A stretch of 31,479 bases of DNA from a virus. Taxonomy: Duplodnaviria; Caudoviricetes. Position numbers and translations under genes: made by a program. How positions within the stretch are numbered: position 1 is the first letter of the stretch; the number at the start of each line of letters is the position of its first letter. Below the pieces are notes generated by a model. It had not been told where the DNA came from and searched no databases. It saw only the letters and a list, made by a program, of their open reading frames with translations. The DNA lies in the IMG/VR virus record IMGVR_UViG_3300020045_004362, positions 1 to 31,479 of that record. One strand, written 5' to 3'. Below are positions 8,730 to 17,216 of this stretch, piece after piece.

Positions 8730-9653
8730 TCACCGGGGTGGCATAAAACCCGGCATCTGTCCCGGCTGCATCGGTGCTGCGGCGGGTGCCATCCCCATGC
8801 CCGGCATACCCTGCGGAGCCGCACCGGGTGCCTGCATCGGCACACCGGGTTGCACGAAGTCATAGGCGGGCTGGACGGGTGCCTGCATCGGTGCCGCCTG
8901 AGGAGCGTACTGAGGTTGAACGGGCGCTGCGGGTGCCTGCATCGGTGCTTGCTGGTACACAGGTGCCGCCTGAGGAGCGTACTGCGGCTGCATCGGTGCT
9001 GCTGCGGGCATACCCATCCCCGGCATACCCATAGCCGCTGCACCGCCGACAGGTGTTGCGCTCGCGCCGGGTGGCAACTGGTGCTGACGGCCGCCGAACA
9101 GCGCCGCAGGGTCCGCACCGCCGCGCGATACGATGTGCGCGCCGTAGCCGATCAGTTCGACAGCCTTGGGATTGATGTACAGACCGGGCTTGTTGGGCGA
9201 CTTCTGGTTGTTGTACGCAACCTCGATCCCGACCGCCACATAGTCCCCGCACTTGAGCGCATCAGCGGCAAGCTGGTTGTACTTCGTACCGTCAAACTGG
9301 TACAGCGGTACACTGTCAACTTCGGTGCTGACCGTCAGGACGATGTTACCGGCATACCCTTCGCGCGCGGCATAAGGCTGACCGTTTGCGTCGATTCCAT
9401 CACCGTCCACGTACTTGTAGGCGAACGTCGGCGGCACGCTGTTGTTGAACGCCTGCGCTGCAACGTTGTAAAGCGACGGCCACACCGACGCCTGAAACTC
9501 TGCCTTGGGGATCGCAATACCGAAGCTGATCTGCTTGCGCGGATTGCCCAACTTGTCCATCTTCGGCTGCTTGTTGTCGTCAAGGACGGGGTTTGGAATG
9601 AGCGGCTTCTGACCCCATACCACGCGGCCAACTGGTGTCGTAAGTTCAACCAT
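8730..9653 (-). CDS. Single-stranded DNA-binding-like protein (DUF2815-like) with a Pro/Gln/Ala/Met-rich repetitive tail
   Basis: TPVGRVVWG, YKYVDGD, CGDYVAV, PGLYINP, ELIGYG motifs; sits between polB and the DUF2800 nuclease. Confidence 0.7.
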   Translation of the reverse strand: MVELTTPVGRVVWGQKPLIPNPVLDDNKQPKMDKLGNPRKQISFGIAIPKAEFQASVWPSLYNVAAQAFNNSVPPTFAYKYVDGDGIDANGQPYAAREGYAGNIVLTVSTEVDSVPLYQFDGTKYNQLAADALKCGDYVAVGIEVAYNNQKSPNKPGLYINPKAVELIGYGAHIVSRGGADPAALFGGRQHQLPPGASATPVGGAAAMGMPGMGMPAAAPMQPQYAPQAAPVYQQAPMQAPAAPVQPQYAPQAAPMQAPVQPAYDFVQPGVPMQAPGAAPQGMPGMGMAPAAAPMQPGQMPGFMPPR

Positions 9654-9655
9654 TT

Positions 9656-9895
9656 TTAAGATGCTCCCATTTGTGCGGCGGTGATATTACCGCAAGCAAG
9701 TTGTTCTCTGCCGTAAGACGGCTTTGCGACACAAAGCGCAAGTTGCAGATCGCGGATATGCCAGCCCGTCATGTGCTGATAATACGCGATGGTGTTTGCA
9801 GGATGTGGGCAGGGCGTCGCATTGTCGCGCGCAACCCTACCTTGCTTCAACCAACTCTCAAGTTGGTCCACCACCTGCGGTTCGCTAAGTGTCAT
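9656..9895 (-). CDS. Hypothetical protein with an Rmf/CrpP-like G..A....CP.......GW pattern
   Basis: QGRVARDNATPCPHPANTIAYYQHMTGW; tight spacing within the operon. Confidence 0.5.
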   Translation of the reverse strand: MTLSEPQVVDQLESWLKQGRVARDNATPCPHPANTIAYYQHMTGWHIRDLQLALCVAKPSYGREQLACGNITAAQMGAS

Positions 9896-9898
9896 CAG

Positions 9899-10966
9899 TT
9901 ACCCCTTTTTCAACAATTTACGCGCGCGAGCATCAGCGCTCACGCGAACCAGTTTCTTACCCGTCATAGGCCGCTCGGTGATCAGCTTGATCACGTCAGG
10001 GGATGCACCGCGCCGCTCAAGTTCTGCGGGTGTAACGAGTTTTTCCTCAGTGCAGGATATGCCTGTAAGCGCCCTGATCGCTGCACCGTCGAACACCTTG
10101 TTAAACCGGCGCTGCCCAAGCGGTGCGTCCACCGTGTATTCAGGGATTACCGCACCGCTGGCAATCTTGTGCATCGCCAATTCCTGCAACGCCTTGAGAC
10201 GCGCCGTGATAACGTCCGACGCCTGCCCTAGCTGGTCCAACTCTGCGGACAGCACTTCGGGCGGCAAGTCATCGTTAAACGCCACAGTCGCTACGTCAAT
10301 CGCGTTCATCGACGCTTCGCGATATGCAGGGCAAATGTAGATCGCGTGGCAATTGACGCACTGTGGCCCGGTTTGCAGTGTAGTGTCATCTTCACGGGAC
10401 AATCTGGCGTCAATGCGATGATACAGCGCCGTGAGGTCCGCGTAACTGATACGCCATTCACGCAAATGACCTTCCGGGTGATACCGGCGCGGTTGGTGGA
10501 TGCGCAACACTATCTCGTCTGGTGCGATACCGTGCAGCACGCAATACCCGATAGCGTGCGCTATGAGCGTCCAGTTCATTTCAGGCGATACGAGACGGTG
10601 CCCGTATTTGAAATCGTCCACGGTGAGGATGTTGTTACGATACCCAACATGATCGGCGCGGGCGTTGACGATCCAGCGTTCGGTTTGCACCGTGGTAACG
10701 CTTTCCATTTCGCCACAATCCAGCGCGCTAATGTAGTCGCTGACGTGGCGCACCATATCGTTGTCGATCACCACACCGTTGTAGGCGCGCGTCCCGGCAA
10801 GTTCGGACATGCTCGCACCGCCAAAGACTTTCTGCGCGAGCCAGTGTGCAGCGTTACCCTCGTCGCGCGTCGTCTGGTCACTCTCGACCGTAACAGTCGT
10901 CGGCATATTGCGCGATCCGAAGCACTGCATCAGGCGCGGGAGGTGTGTGGCGTCCGTTATGAACAT
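9899..10966 (-). CDS. DUF2800 / Cas4-like PD-(D/E)XK exonuclease
   Basis: EGNAAH, ARAD...DDFKYG, IHQPR, and a C-terminal CxxC...CP cluster. Confidence 0.8.
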   Translation of the reverse strand: MFITDATHLPRLMQCFGSRNMPTTVTVESDQTTRDEGNAAHWLAQKVFGGASMSELAGTRAYNGVVIDNDMVRHVSDYISALDCGEMESVTTVQTERWIVNARADHVGYRNNILTVDDFKYGHRLVSPEMNWTLIAHAIGYCVLHGIAPDEIVLRIHQPRRYHPEGHLREWRISYADLTALYHRIDARLSREDDTTLQTGPQCVNCHAIYICPAYREASMNAIDVATVAFNDDLPPEVLSAELDQLGQASDVITARLKALQELAMHKIASGAVIPEYTVDAPLGQRRFNKVFDGAAIRALTGISCTEEKLVTPAELERRGASPDVIKLITERPMTGKKLVRVSADARARKLLKKG

Positions 10967-11160
10967 CAGGCGGTTGCCACAGTGACCGTCACGAAACCCT
11001 GCACCCGGACCTCGTTGAACACCGATTCCGATACGGCAATGTCAAACGTACCGGGCACCGCCCACCATGCGCCGGTCTGTTGCGTCACCTTGAGGTAATA
11101 CTGGATCGTCCCGTCCATCTCGACGGTGGATTTTCCGACAATGCGGTATCTGTCACTCAT
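10966..11160 (-). CDS. Hypothetical protein
   Basis: Stop overlaps the start of the nuclease gene. Confidence 0.55.
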   Translation of the reverse strand: MSDRYRIVGKSTVEMDGTIQYYLKVTQQTGAWWAVPGTFDIAVSESVFNEVRVQGFVTVTVATA

Positions 11161-11238
11161 CTGACGCATCCTGTGCAAGTGTGCCGGGTATATCAGGACC
11201 GCACCCGGCAGCGGCCTTCCACGGCTATGCCGCCTGAA

Positions 11239-12045
11239 TCACCACTTAGCGTTCGCCTGCAACACCTGCACTGCGTATGCCAGCTTCTGCGGATCGCTAC
11301 CAACGTCCGTGATAGCGCCGATCAGCGCGTGACCGTGCGGAGTGAACGCGGCGTTTATCGCACCGACCACGGCGATCAGGTCATCTGTCGTCACGCGACC
11401 CTGCGACATGAGCGTGGTAAGGTGCGCCATGAACCCCGCCATGTCCAGATCACCGGACGGCGCAGCAACCGGCTCTGGTGCGGGAGCGGGCTGCGGAGCC
11501 ATGACAGGCGCAGCAGCAACCAGCGCGGGCGGCATCTGCATCACAGGTGCAGCGACCGGCTCAGGCTGTACCAGCGGCGGCGTGAGAGCGGGCGGCATCT
11601 GCATGATCGGCGTCTGCGCAACAGCCGCTTCGACTGCGGGCATCATCGGAGCAAGCGACGGCATCTGCATTGCGGGCATCTGGATCGGTGCGGGAAGTTC
11701 CACGGGAGCGCCGCGAAGTTCCGCTTCGATTGCGGCGAACGTCACATCTGAGACACCCTTGCGCTTGCGCCACTTGTTGCCCGCGACCATCGCCTTGGAC
11801 GCTGCGTGAATGCGCTCGTCCCACGGAAGGCCGGTGCTGTCCAGAGCAGGTGCGTCGGTTGCTGCCGGTGCGTCATCATCGTCCGTGGATGTGAGAGCGG
11901 GCATCTGTGGAACTGATGGCAGATCGACGGTGGCCGGGGCCGGTGGCACGTCCGCGTATCCCGTGTCAAGCAGATCAGCGGGAACCGTCGTCAAAAATTG
12001 TGCAATCGCCGCAGGGCTACCGCAAAGGGAAAGTGTGATACGCAT
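11239..12045 (-). CDS. Pro/Ala-rich phage protein with a DSTGLPWDERIH...WRKRKGV domain
   Basis: GGAGAA SD before ATG 12045; a compact domain embedded in low-complexity linkers. Confidence 0.7.
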   Translation of the reverse strand: MRITLSLCGSPAAIAQFLTTVPADLLDTGYADVPPAPATVDLPSVPQMPALTSTDDDDAPAATDAPALDSTGLPWDERIHAASKAMVAGNKWRKRKGVSDVTFAAIEAELRGAPVELPAPIQMPAMQMPSLAPMMPAVEAAVAQTPIMQMPPALTPPLVQPEPVAAPVMQMPPALVAAAPVMAPQPAPAPEPVAAPSGDLDMAGFMAHLTTLMSQGRVTTDDLIAVVGAINAAFTPHGHALIGAITDVGSDPQKLAYAVQVLQANAKW

Positions 12046-12146
12046 TAGTGTCTTCTCCGGTGTTGGTGAAATATCCATAGCGGCGGGTTGACGGTGCTGC
12101 AACAAATATCTTACATGCTGGTCAGGATTTAGAGGGCTTTACCGAC
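12046..12146. promoter_or_regulatory. Divergent promoter region between the two replication operons
   Basis: Non-coding gap between divergent genes; TTGACG at 12088; -10 element unclear. Confidence 0.4.
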
Positions 12147-12740
12147 ATGGCTGAATTTTTCATACCCTGCGAGACATTCCTGCGTTTGAGCAAGGTGGCC
12201 GGTGATGATGCGTCATGGCAGACGCTACGGTACGATAACGGTTGCATCGTTGCTACAGATCGTCGGTTTATGGCAATTGAACAGGTGTCCAGTGCGCCGG
12301 GTGTGTTTCATCTCGTGCTGGACGAAGCGCTGATTAAACAATGCGAAATCGAACGGGACTTCAACAGCCGTATCGTCTTTACCGTCAATGAAATGCTCGG
12401 CTTTGCAGTCGGTAAAACATCGCTCGGCTACGTCACTACCGCTAACATGCTGTACGGTGGCCCGGTTCATACGGATTGGAACCGCTGGCGCGAGATTGTG
12501 ATGCAGTGCGCAACACCTGCCGCTAAACCCAACGGTGGTATGTTTTGGGATTTGGACGGTGTTGCGCGTCTGGCGGCAAGCAGCCCGTCAGGTTTGATCG
12601 TGTTTGAGGAAGTGATCGACACGAACCGCCCGACACTGGTGCGCGATGTCAAAGATTACCAGTGGCTCGGCGTTTTCAGCCCTAACTCGGCGGCGGACCA
12701 CTATTCACCTGCATCACTGCCGACGTGGATGACGGCATGA
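12147..12740 (+). CDS. Beta sliding-clamp-like protein (partial DnaN-like fold)
   Basis: IVATDRRFMA resembles DnaN VATDGHRLA; WNRWREIV resembles YPDWRRVI; replication context. Confidence 0.55.
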   Translation: MAEFFIPCETFLRLSKVAGDDASWQTLRYDNGCIVATDRRFMAIEQVSSAPGVFHLVLDEALIKQCEIERDFNSRIVFTVNEMLGFAVGKTSLGYVTTANMLYGGPVHTDWNRWREIVMQCATPAAKPNGGMFWDLDGVARLAASSPSGLIVFEEVIDTNRPTLVRDVKDYQWLGVFSPNSAADHYSPASLPTWMTA

Positions 12741-12931
12741 GAATGACACTCGCGGAAGCTGCTGCACTTGCAAGGGCAGAACAGACACGCCGCCGTCAGG
12801 AACGGATCGAGCGACTTGCCGATCTGGTGGCAGATGGCGCAACAATCCGTGCCGCCGCGTACAAGATGGGAATTGGCGAGAGTACGGCACTTGCCTATTG
12901 GGCAGAAATCAAGAGGGGGAACCAATGTTGA
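12737..12931 (+). CDS. Small HTH DNA-binding protein
   Basis: GATIRAAAYKMGIGESTA HTH pattern; ATGA overlap. Confidence 0.6.
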   Translation: MRMTLAEAAALARAEQTRRRQERIERLADLVADGATIRAAAYKMGIGESTALAYWAEIKRGNQC

Positions 12932-13089
12932 GATATATCAGGCGTTGGATTAACATGGCGATCTGTAGCATGATGGGGCACTATCTAATCGCGGATTTCA
13001 AACGGGTGTCCGACGCGCAACACATCCCCGTCCGATGCAAACGCTGCCACCATCGCGAGATGGTAAACATTCGGGATATTGTTACGTGA
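12925..13089 (+). CDS. Small Cys/His protein
   Basis: ICSMMGH...CKRC; overlaps both neighbours. Confidence 0.5.
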   Translation: MLRYIRRWINMAICSMMGHYLIADFKRVSDAQHIPVRCKRCHHREMVNIRDIVT

Positions 13090-13508
13090 CGCCACAGCAC
13101 TGTCGCGTGAAGCACGCACCAGACGACGGCACATATGGCGACTGCCTGCGCGCCTGCATCGCTTCGTTGCTCGATCTGCCACCGGAACATGTACCGCATT
13201 TCGCGCATGACGGAGCCGACGCCGACACCGTGACGGACAGGTTGCGCGATTGGCTGGCACAGATCGGGGTTGGTCCGTGGTGGTCGCACTTTGACGGCGA
13301 GGAGCCGATGGACGTGGTGCTGGATACGATGGGTGCGAACAACCCCGGCGTCCACTACCTGTTGTTCGGCTGCACGGCGGGTGATGAACCGCATGTGGTG
13401 ATCTGCCGGGACGCTGCGGTCGTCTGGAATCCGGCGTGGTATGGCGGCTCTCTCGTGCGTGCCGGTGTGCATGGTGCATGGTCTGTTATGGTGTTGGCGC
13501 GGGTATGA
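13086..13508 (+). CDS. Hypothetical protein, possible papain-like (C39-like) fold
   Basis: GDCLRACIASLL, HVVI, WNP; GTGA and ATGA overlaps at its ends. Confidence 0.55.
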   Translation: MTPQHCRVKHAPDDGTYGDCLRACIASLLDLPPEHVPHFAHDGADADTVTDRLRDWLAQIGVGPWWSHFDGEEPMDVVLDTMGANNPGVHYLLFGCTAGDEPHVVICRDAAVVWNPAWYGGSLVRAGVHGAWSVMVLARV

Positions 13509-16078
13509 TCTCTCTCAGACCGGATCAAGCGGACGTTAAGCAACGTGTGTATCGCTCATGGGCTAACGGCAATCGCGTCGTCCTTGCCGTCAAACCCACC
13601 GGCGCGGGCAAGTCGATTTTGCTCAGTGACATCATCCTCGACGCGCATAACGTCGGTGCGTGGCAAATCGTCGCTGCACATCGCAACGAACTCGTCACGC
13701 AAATGTCAATGCACATCGCACGTCGCGGCATTAAGCATCGCGTCATCGGTTCCGCTTCGACAGTAAGCGAAGCAACCGCCATGCACCGCGAGGAGTTTAA
13801 CGGTCGTTCATTCGTCAATCCCGATGCTAATACGGCGGTTGCTTCAACTCAAACGCTGCTCGCCCGCGCCGCTAAGATTGCTCCGTGGGCTGCACAGGTC
13901 AATCGCTTCTATGGAGATGAGTTCCATCATTATTTACGACAAAATTCTTTTGGTAAAAGCGTTGAATTGTTCCCGAATGCACAAGTGCTTGGCGTCACAG
14001 CAACTCCGCAACGTGCGGACGGCTTCGGGCTTGGTGCAGACTATGACGGCATAGTTGACGATATGGTGGTCGGTATCTCCATGCGAGAACTGATCAACCT
14101 TGGCGCACTGTCCGACTATGAAATTGCCATACCGGAGAGCGACTTTGAGATAGACGACGCGACCCTTGCGCCGTCTGGCGACTGGTCCACTGCGCGGATG
14201 CGGGAAGCGTCGAAGAAATCGCACATCGTTGGTGACGTGGTTCGCGAATATGCGCGTCGTGCGCTCGGTAAGAAATTCATCTGTTTTGCCACGGACGTTG
14301 AAACCGCTACCGAAATGTCAAACAACTTTACCGCTGCTGGTATCCCTAGCGCAGCGGTAAGCGCTAAAACACCTGCTGCGACCCGTAACGAAATGCTCCG
14401 TCGTTTCAAGCGCGGTCAATTGCTCGGTCTGGTCAATGTTGATCTGTTCGGAGAGGGCTTCGATTGCCCTGCCGTTGAAGTCGTCATTATGGCGCGCCCT
14501 ACCGCCAGTCTCGCCGTCTATCTTCAACAGTTCGGACGGGGAATGCGATCCTTTAACGGCAAAGACTGTGTGGCTCGCGGAAGTCTCATCTTGACGCAAC
14601 GTGGTCTGGTGTCTATCGAAGAACTTACTCGTTCCCACAAGGTTTGGGACGGGGAGAACTTTGTAGAACACGGCGGCGCAATCTGCCGAGGGGTCAGAAA
14701 GGTTATCGAGTATGCTGGACTCATCGCAACTCCCGACCATGAAGTCTGGACGGCGAAAGGTTGGCGCACCTTTGGGTACTGTGCCGCCAAACAAATCCCC
14801 ATCTCACAGACCGGATTTGGTCGGATTGCAGTTCGGGAGCGTGATAATTTCTTCACCGAACATGATCTGGAAAGGGACGAAACCGAAACGAATGTATGTC
14901 GAGACGAAATGTCTGATGTGCCGTCGGGAGAATTTGGTCATGTATACCAATCTGACCGGAGGTCGAACGAAAGGTTGTCGTGCTTGCAATCAGCCGATCA
15001 GATTTCCGCGATGGTTCTACGCTCGTGTTCAAACACAAGAGCAGCGCTGCAACAACCCGCTCAATGGATCGTATCACAAATATGGCGGGCGTGGGATTCG
15101 CTTCAACTTTACTTCGGTCACAGAGGGAGCGCTCTGGATTCGGGACAATCTCGGAGTAAGCGAGCATCATCGACATCTGGAGTTGGACCGCATCGAAAAC
15201 GACGGGCATTACGAGCCGGGAAATATTCGCTGGTCAACACCTTCGCAGAACTATTCGCACACTCGCAAAAAGAGGGTAGCTGTAGCGGTGAACAAATTTC
15301 GACTGGAACATCCAGACATTCGGTACGCGGACGCAACGCTGAAAGGGATGTTTTCGCGCGACATGACACCGGCGGAAATCATAGAGCGATACCACCAGAA
15401 GTCCTGCAAACCGAAAGGGAAGTATGGGACATACTCGACTGCGGACCTCTTTCTCGTTTCACTGCACAAGGACTCCTAGTCCATAATTGCGGACTCGTTA
15501 TTGATCACGTCTCAAACTATAAACGCCACGGCTTCCCGGACAAGGCGCACGCATGGTCCCTCGCGCGGCGGGAGAAGCGCAGCAGCAAGAAAGAGAAAGA
15601 CCCTGAGGAAATCGACCTCACCGCGTGCCGGGAGTGCAGCCGCCCATACGAAGCGTGTCTACCAGCTTGCCCATACTGCGGGGCCGTCCTGCCGCTCCCC
15701 GATCCGACAAGCCGCAAACCCGAAACGGTTGACGGCGATCTGGTGTTGCTCACCCGCGAGATGATTGCCGCTATGCAGGCCGCTGCGGTGCTGGAAAGCC
15801 CTGCCGCGATGCACGACCGCGTTTCACACGCAGCGGGGCCACTTGCCGGTAAGGGCGCGTTGAACCGCCAGACCGAGAAGATTCAGGCGCAGGAGAGACT
15901 GCGGGAAGCCATTGCGCTGTGGGCAGGTATCCAGCGCCAGCGCGGGCGGTCGGACAGCGAGAGTTACCGGCGCTTCTACCTCTCAACGGGTGTGGACGTG
16001 TTGAGCGCTATGGCACTTGACGACCGTGCAGCATATGAGACGATGGCGGCGCGTGTGGAGGAATGGTGCAATGTCTGA
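13505..16078 (+). CDS. Superfamily 2 DNA helicase precursor containing an intein (857 aa; about 550 aa after splicing)
   Basis: LRPDQ, PTGAGKS, DEFHH, TATP, LFGEGFDCP, RPTASL, QQFGRGMR; C-terminal CRECS...CPYCG zinc finger; ATG 13505 overlaps the upstream stop. Confidence 0.92.
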   Translation: MISLRPDQADVKQRVYRSWANGNRVVLAVKPTGAGKSILLSDIILDAHNVGAWQIVAAHRNELVTQMSMHIARRGIKHRVIGSASTVSEATAMHREEFNGRSFVNPDANTAVASTQTLLARAAKIAPWAAQVNRFYGDEFHHYLRQNSFGKSVELFPNAQVLGVTATPQRADGFGLGADYDGIVDDMVVGISMRELINLGALSDYEIAIPESDFEIDDATLAPSGDWSTARMREASKKSHIVGDVVREYARRALGKKFICFATDVETATEMSNNFTAAGIPSAAVSAKTPAATRNEMLRRFKRGQLLGLVNVDLFGEGFDCPAVEVVIMARPTASLAVYLQQFGRGMRSFNGKDCVARGSLILTQRGLVSIEELTRSHKVWDGENFVEHGGAICRGVRKVIEYAGLIATPDHEVWTAKGWRTFGYCAAKQIPISQTGFGRIAVRERDNFFTEHDLERDETETNVCRDEMSDVPSGEFGHVYQSDRRSNERLSCLQSADQISAMVLRSCSNTRAALQQPAQWIVSQIWRAWDSLQLYFGHRGSALDSGQSRSKRASSTSGVGPHRKRRALRAGKYSLVNTFAELFAHSQKEGSCSGEQISTGTSRHSVRGRNAERDVFARHDTGGNHRAIPPEVLQTEREVWDILDCGPLSRFTAQGLLVHNCGLVIDHVSNYKRHGFPDKAHAWSLARREKRSSKKEKDPEEIDLTACRECSRPYEACLPACPYCGAVLPLPDPTSRKPETVDGDLVLLTREMIAAMQAAAVLESPAAMHDRVSHAAGPLAGKGALNRQTEKIQAQERLREAIALWAGIQRQRGRSDSESYRRFYLSTGVDVLSAMALDDRAAYETMAARVEEWCNV
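14567..15487 (+). mobile_element. Intein (307 aa) inserted just after helicase motif VI
   Basis: Block A CVARGSLILTQRG, block B LIATPDHEVWT, blocks F/G EVWDILDCGPLSRFTAQGLLVHN, followed by Cys+1; removal restores GRGMRSFNGKD-CGLVIDHVSN. Confidence 0.92.
14712..15479 (+). CDS. HNH-type (His-Me finger) homing endonuclease encoded in the +1 frame inside the intein
   Basis: DLVGLQFG, CLMC, GCRAC, RCNNP...YHKYGGRGI, LDRIENDGHYEPGNIRWSTPSQN; SD GAAAGGT (14697-14703) 8 nt before the ATG. Confidence 0.85.
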   Translation: MLDSSQLPTMKSGRRKVGAPLGTVPPNKSPSHRPDLVGLQFGSVIISSPNMIWKGTKPKRMYVETKCLMCRRENLVMYTNLTGGRTKGCRACNQPIRFPRWFYARVQTQEQRCNNPLNGSYHKYGGRGIRFNFTSVTEGALWIRDNLGVSEHHRHLELDRIENDGHYEPGNIRWSTPSQNYSHTRKKRVAVAVNKFRLEHPDIRYADATLKGMFSRDMTPAEIIERYHQKSCKPKGKYGTYSTADLFLVSLHKDS

Positions 16079-16280
16079 GGAATGCCTGATCCTGCTGGTC
16101 AAGGAACCGCCTGAGAACTGCGACATCGAAGGGATGATTGCCGAAGTGCTATGCCGCTTTGCAGTCACCCCGTCCGATGCATACCTGCACGATCTGGCGG
16201 CGAAACATCCCCGGCACCGTGTCTATTGTCTGCCGGGTGGCGCAACGTGGTATAGCGGGAGCCGTGCCGGTGAGTTCTGA
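16071..16280 (+). CDS. Hypothetical protein
   Basis: Overlaps the helicase stop; GGAGGA upstream. Confidence 0.5.
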   Translation: MSEECLILLVKEPPENCDIEGMIAEVLCRFAVTPSDAYLHDLAAKHPRHRVYCLPGGATWYSGSRAGEF

Positions 16281-16668
16281 GACGGTCAACCAGCAGCAGG
16301 CGCGCTTGCTCGTGGCGCGGATAGGAGGTCAGGCTTGGCGAAATAATAGCGGTTGCTATGTGGACGAGCGAGGGAACCATGTAAGATATGGTCTGTCCAA
16401 CGATTCCGCGCAACTCAATGCACAAATAAAATCATCGGACCTCGTGGGGATCGTCCCAACGCTGATCCAACAGCATATGGTCGGGTATCACCTTGGCGTC
16501 TTCACAGCGCTCGAAGTGAAGCCGTCCGGATGGAAATTACAACCGTCCGACAAGCGCGGACATGCGCAGGCCAAATTCCACCAGATTGTCAGGGATGCTT
16601 GCGGCTTCGCAGGATTTGTGACAGACCCAACAGACGTAATGAGGATCATAGGTCGTGAGCAGGGTTAA
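16270..16668 (+). CDS. VRR-NUC domain nuclease (putative Holliday junction resolvase)
   Basis: WRNNSG, RYGL, SSDLVGI, FTALEVK, AQAKF, GFAGF. Confidence 0.85.
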   Translation: MSSETVNQQQARLLVARIGGQAWRNNSGCYVDERGNHVRYGLSNDSAQLNAQIKSSDLVGIVPTLIQQHMVGYHLGVFTALEVKPSGWKLQPSDKRGHAQAKFHQIVRDACGFAGFVTDPTDVMRIIGREQG

Positions 16669-16954
16669 TTCACATGGCGCAAGGGTGAGGGCTGCGATTA
16701 TCGCGGTCGGCCTTGACCTGTGGCGCACGGACCCTTCCAGCGTCTCGGCTCGTGGCATCGGCGCACGGCTCAAGATGACGCACTCTGCGGTCCTCTATCA
16801 CTTCGGCTCTGCACAGGCTCTCAAGCACGCTGTGGCGGCTGAGGCGGTGCGTATGGGGGATACCGGGGTCGTACCGCACCTGATCGTCACCGGGCACCCT
16901 GCGGCGGCTCTGCTGACCCCTGAGCAGCGTGCAGGCTATCTGAGCGGCTGCTAA
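16655..16954 (+). CDS. TetR-like HTH protein
   Basis: VSARGIGARLKMTHSAVLYHFGS. Confidence 0.7.
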   Translation: MSRVNSHGARVRAAIIAVGLDLWRTDPSSVSARGIGARLKMTHSAVLYHFGSAQALKHAVAAEAVRMGDTGVVPHLIVTGHPAAALLTPEQRAGYLSGC

Positions 16955-17050
16955 CCCGTCACAATCCAGAGTAACCAGCGCTTGTGACACATCGTGACGT
17001 GCGGGTATTTCCGCGTGATCCGAAGCATCTGGCGGTAATGTCGGATACGC

Positions 17051-17215
17051 TCAAACATACGGCCACTCCAGATAACTGATCGCTACCACAGTCGGCGTCA
17101 TGCTCGACCGGGCGACAGCTTCGTCGGCAAGCCACCCCGGTAGATCGTCCCGGTTGCAGGTGCCCTGACGGACAATATCCCTGCCGCGCGTCTCACGCAC
17201 GAGGAATTTACCCAT
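17051..17215 (-). CDS. Hypothetical protein
   Basis: Member of a tightly packed leftward small-gene cluster. Confidence 0.45.
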   Translation of the reverse strand: MGKFLVRETRGRDIVRQGTCNRDDLPGWLADEAVARSSMTPTVVAISYLEWPYV

Positions 17216-17216
17216 C

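Noticed and set aside
9899-10966. Cas4-like nuclease as part of a CRISPR-Cas system
   Set aside because: No cas1/cas2 or array; solo DUF2800 nucleases are normal in phage replication modules
13436-13504. Upstream extension of the helicase in the ORF track
   Set aside because: Overlaps the previous gene; ATG 13505 has an ATGA overlap and begins at the LRPDQ motif
14567-15487. Group I intron as the explanation for the helicase insertion
   Set aside because: The insertion is in-frame (921 nt), stop-free and bounded by canonical intein residues
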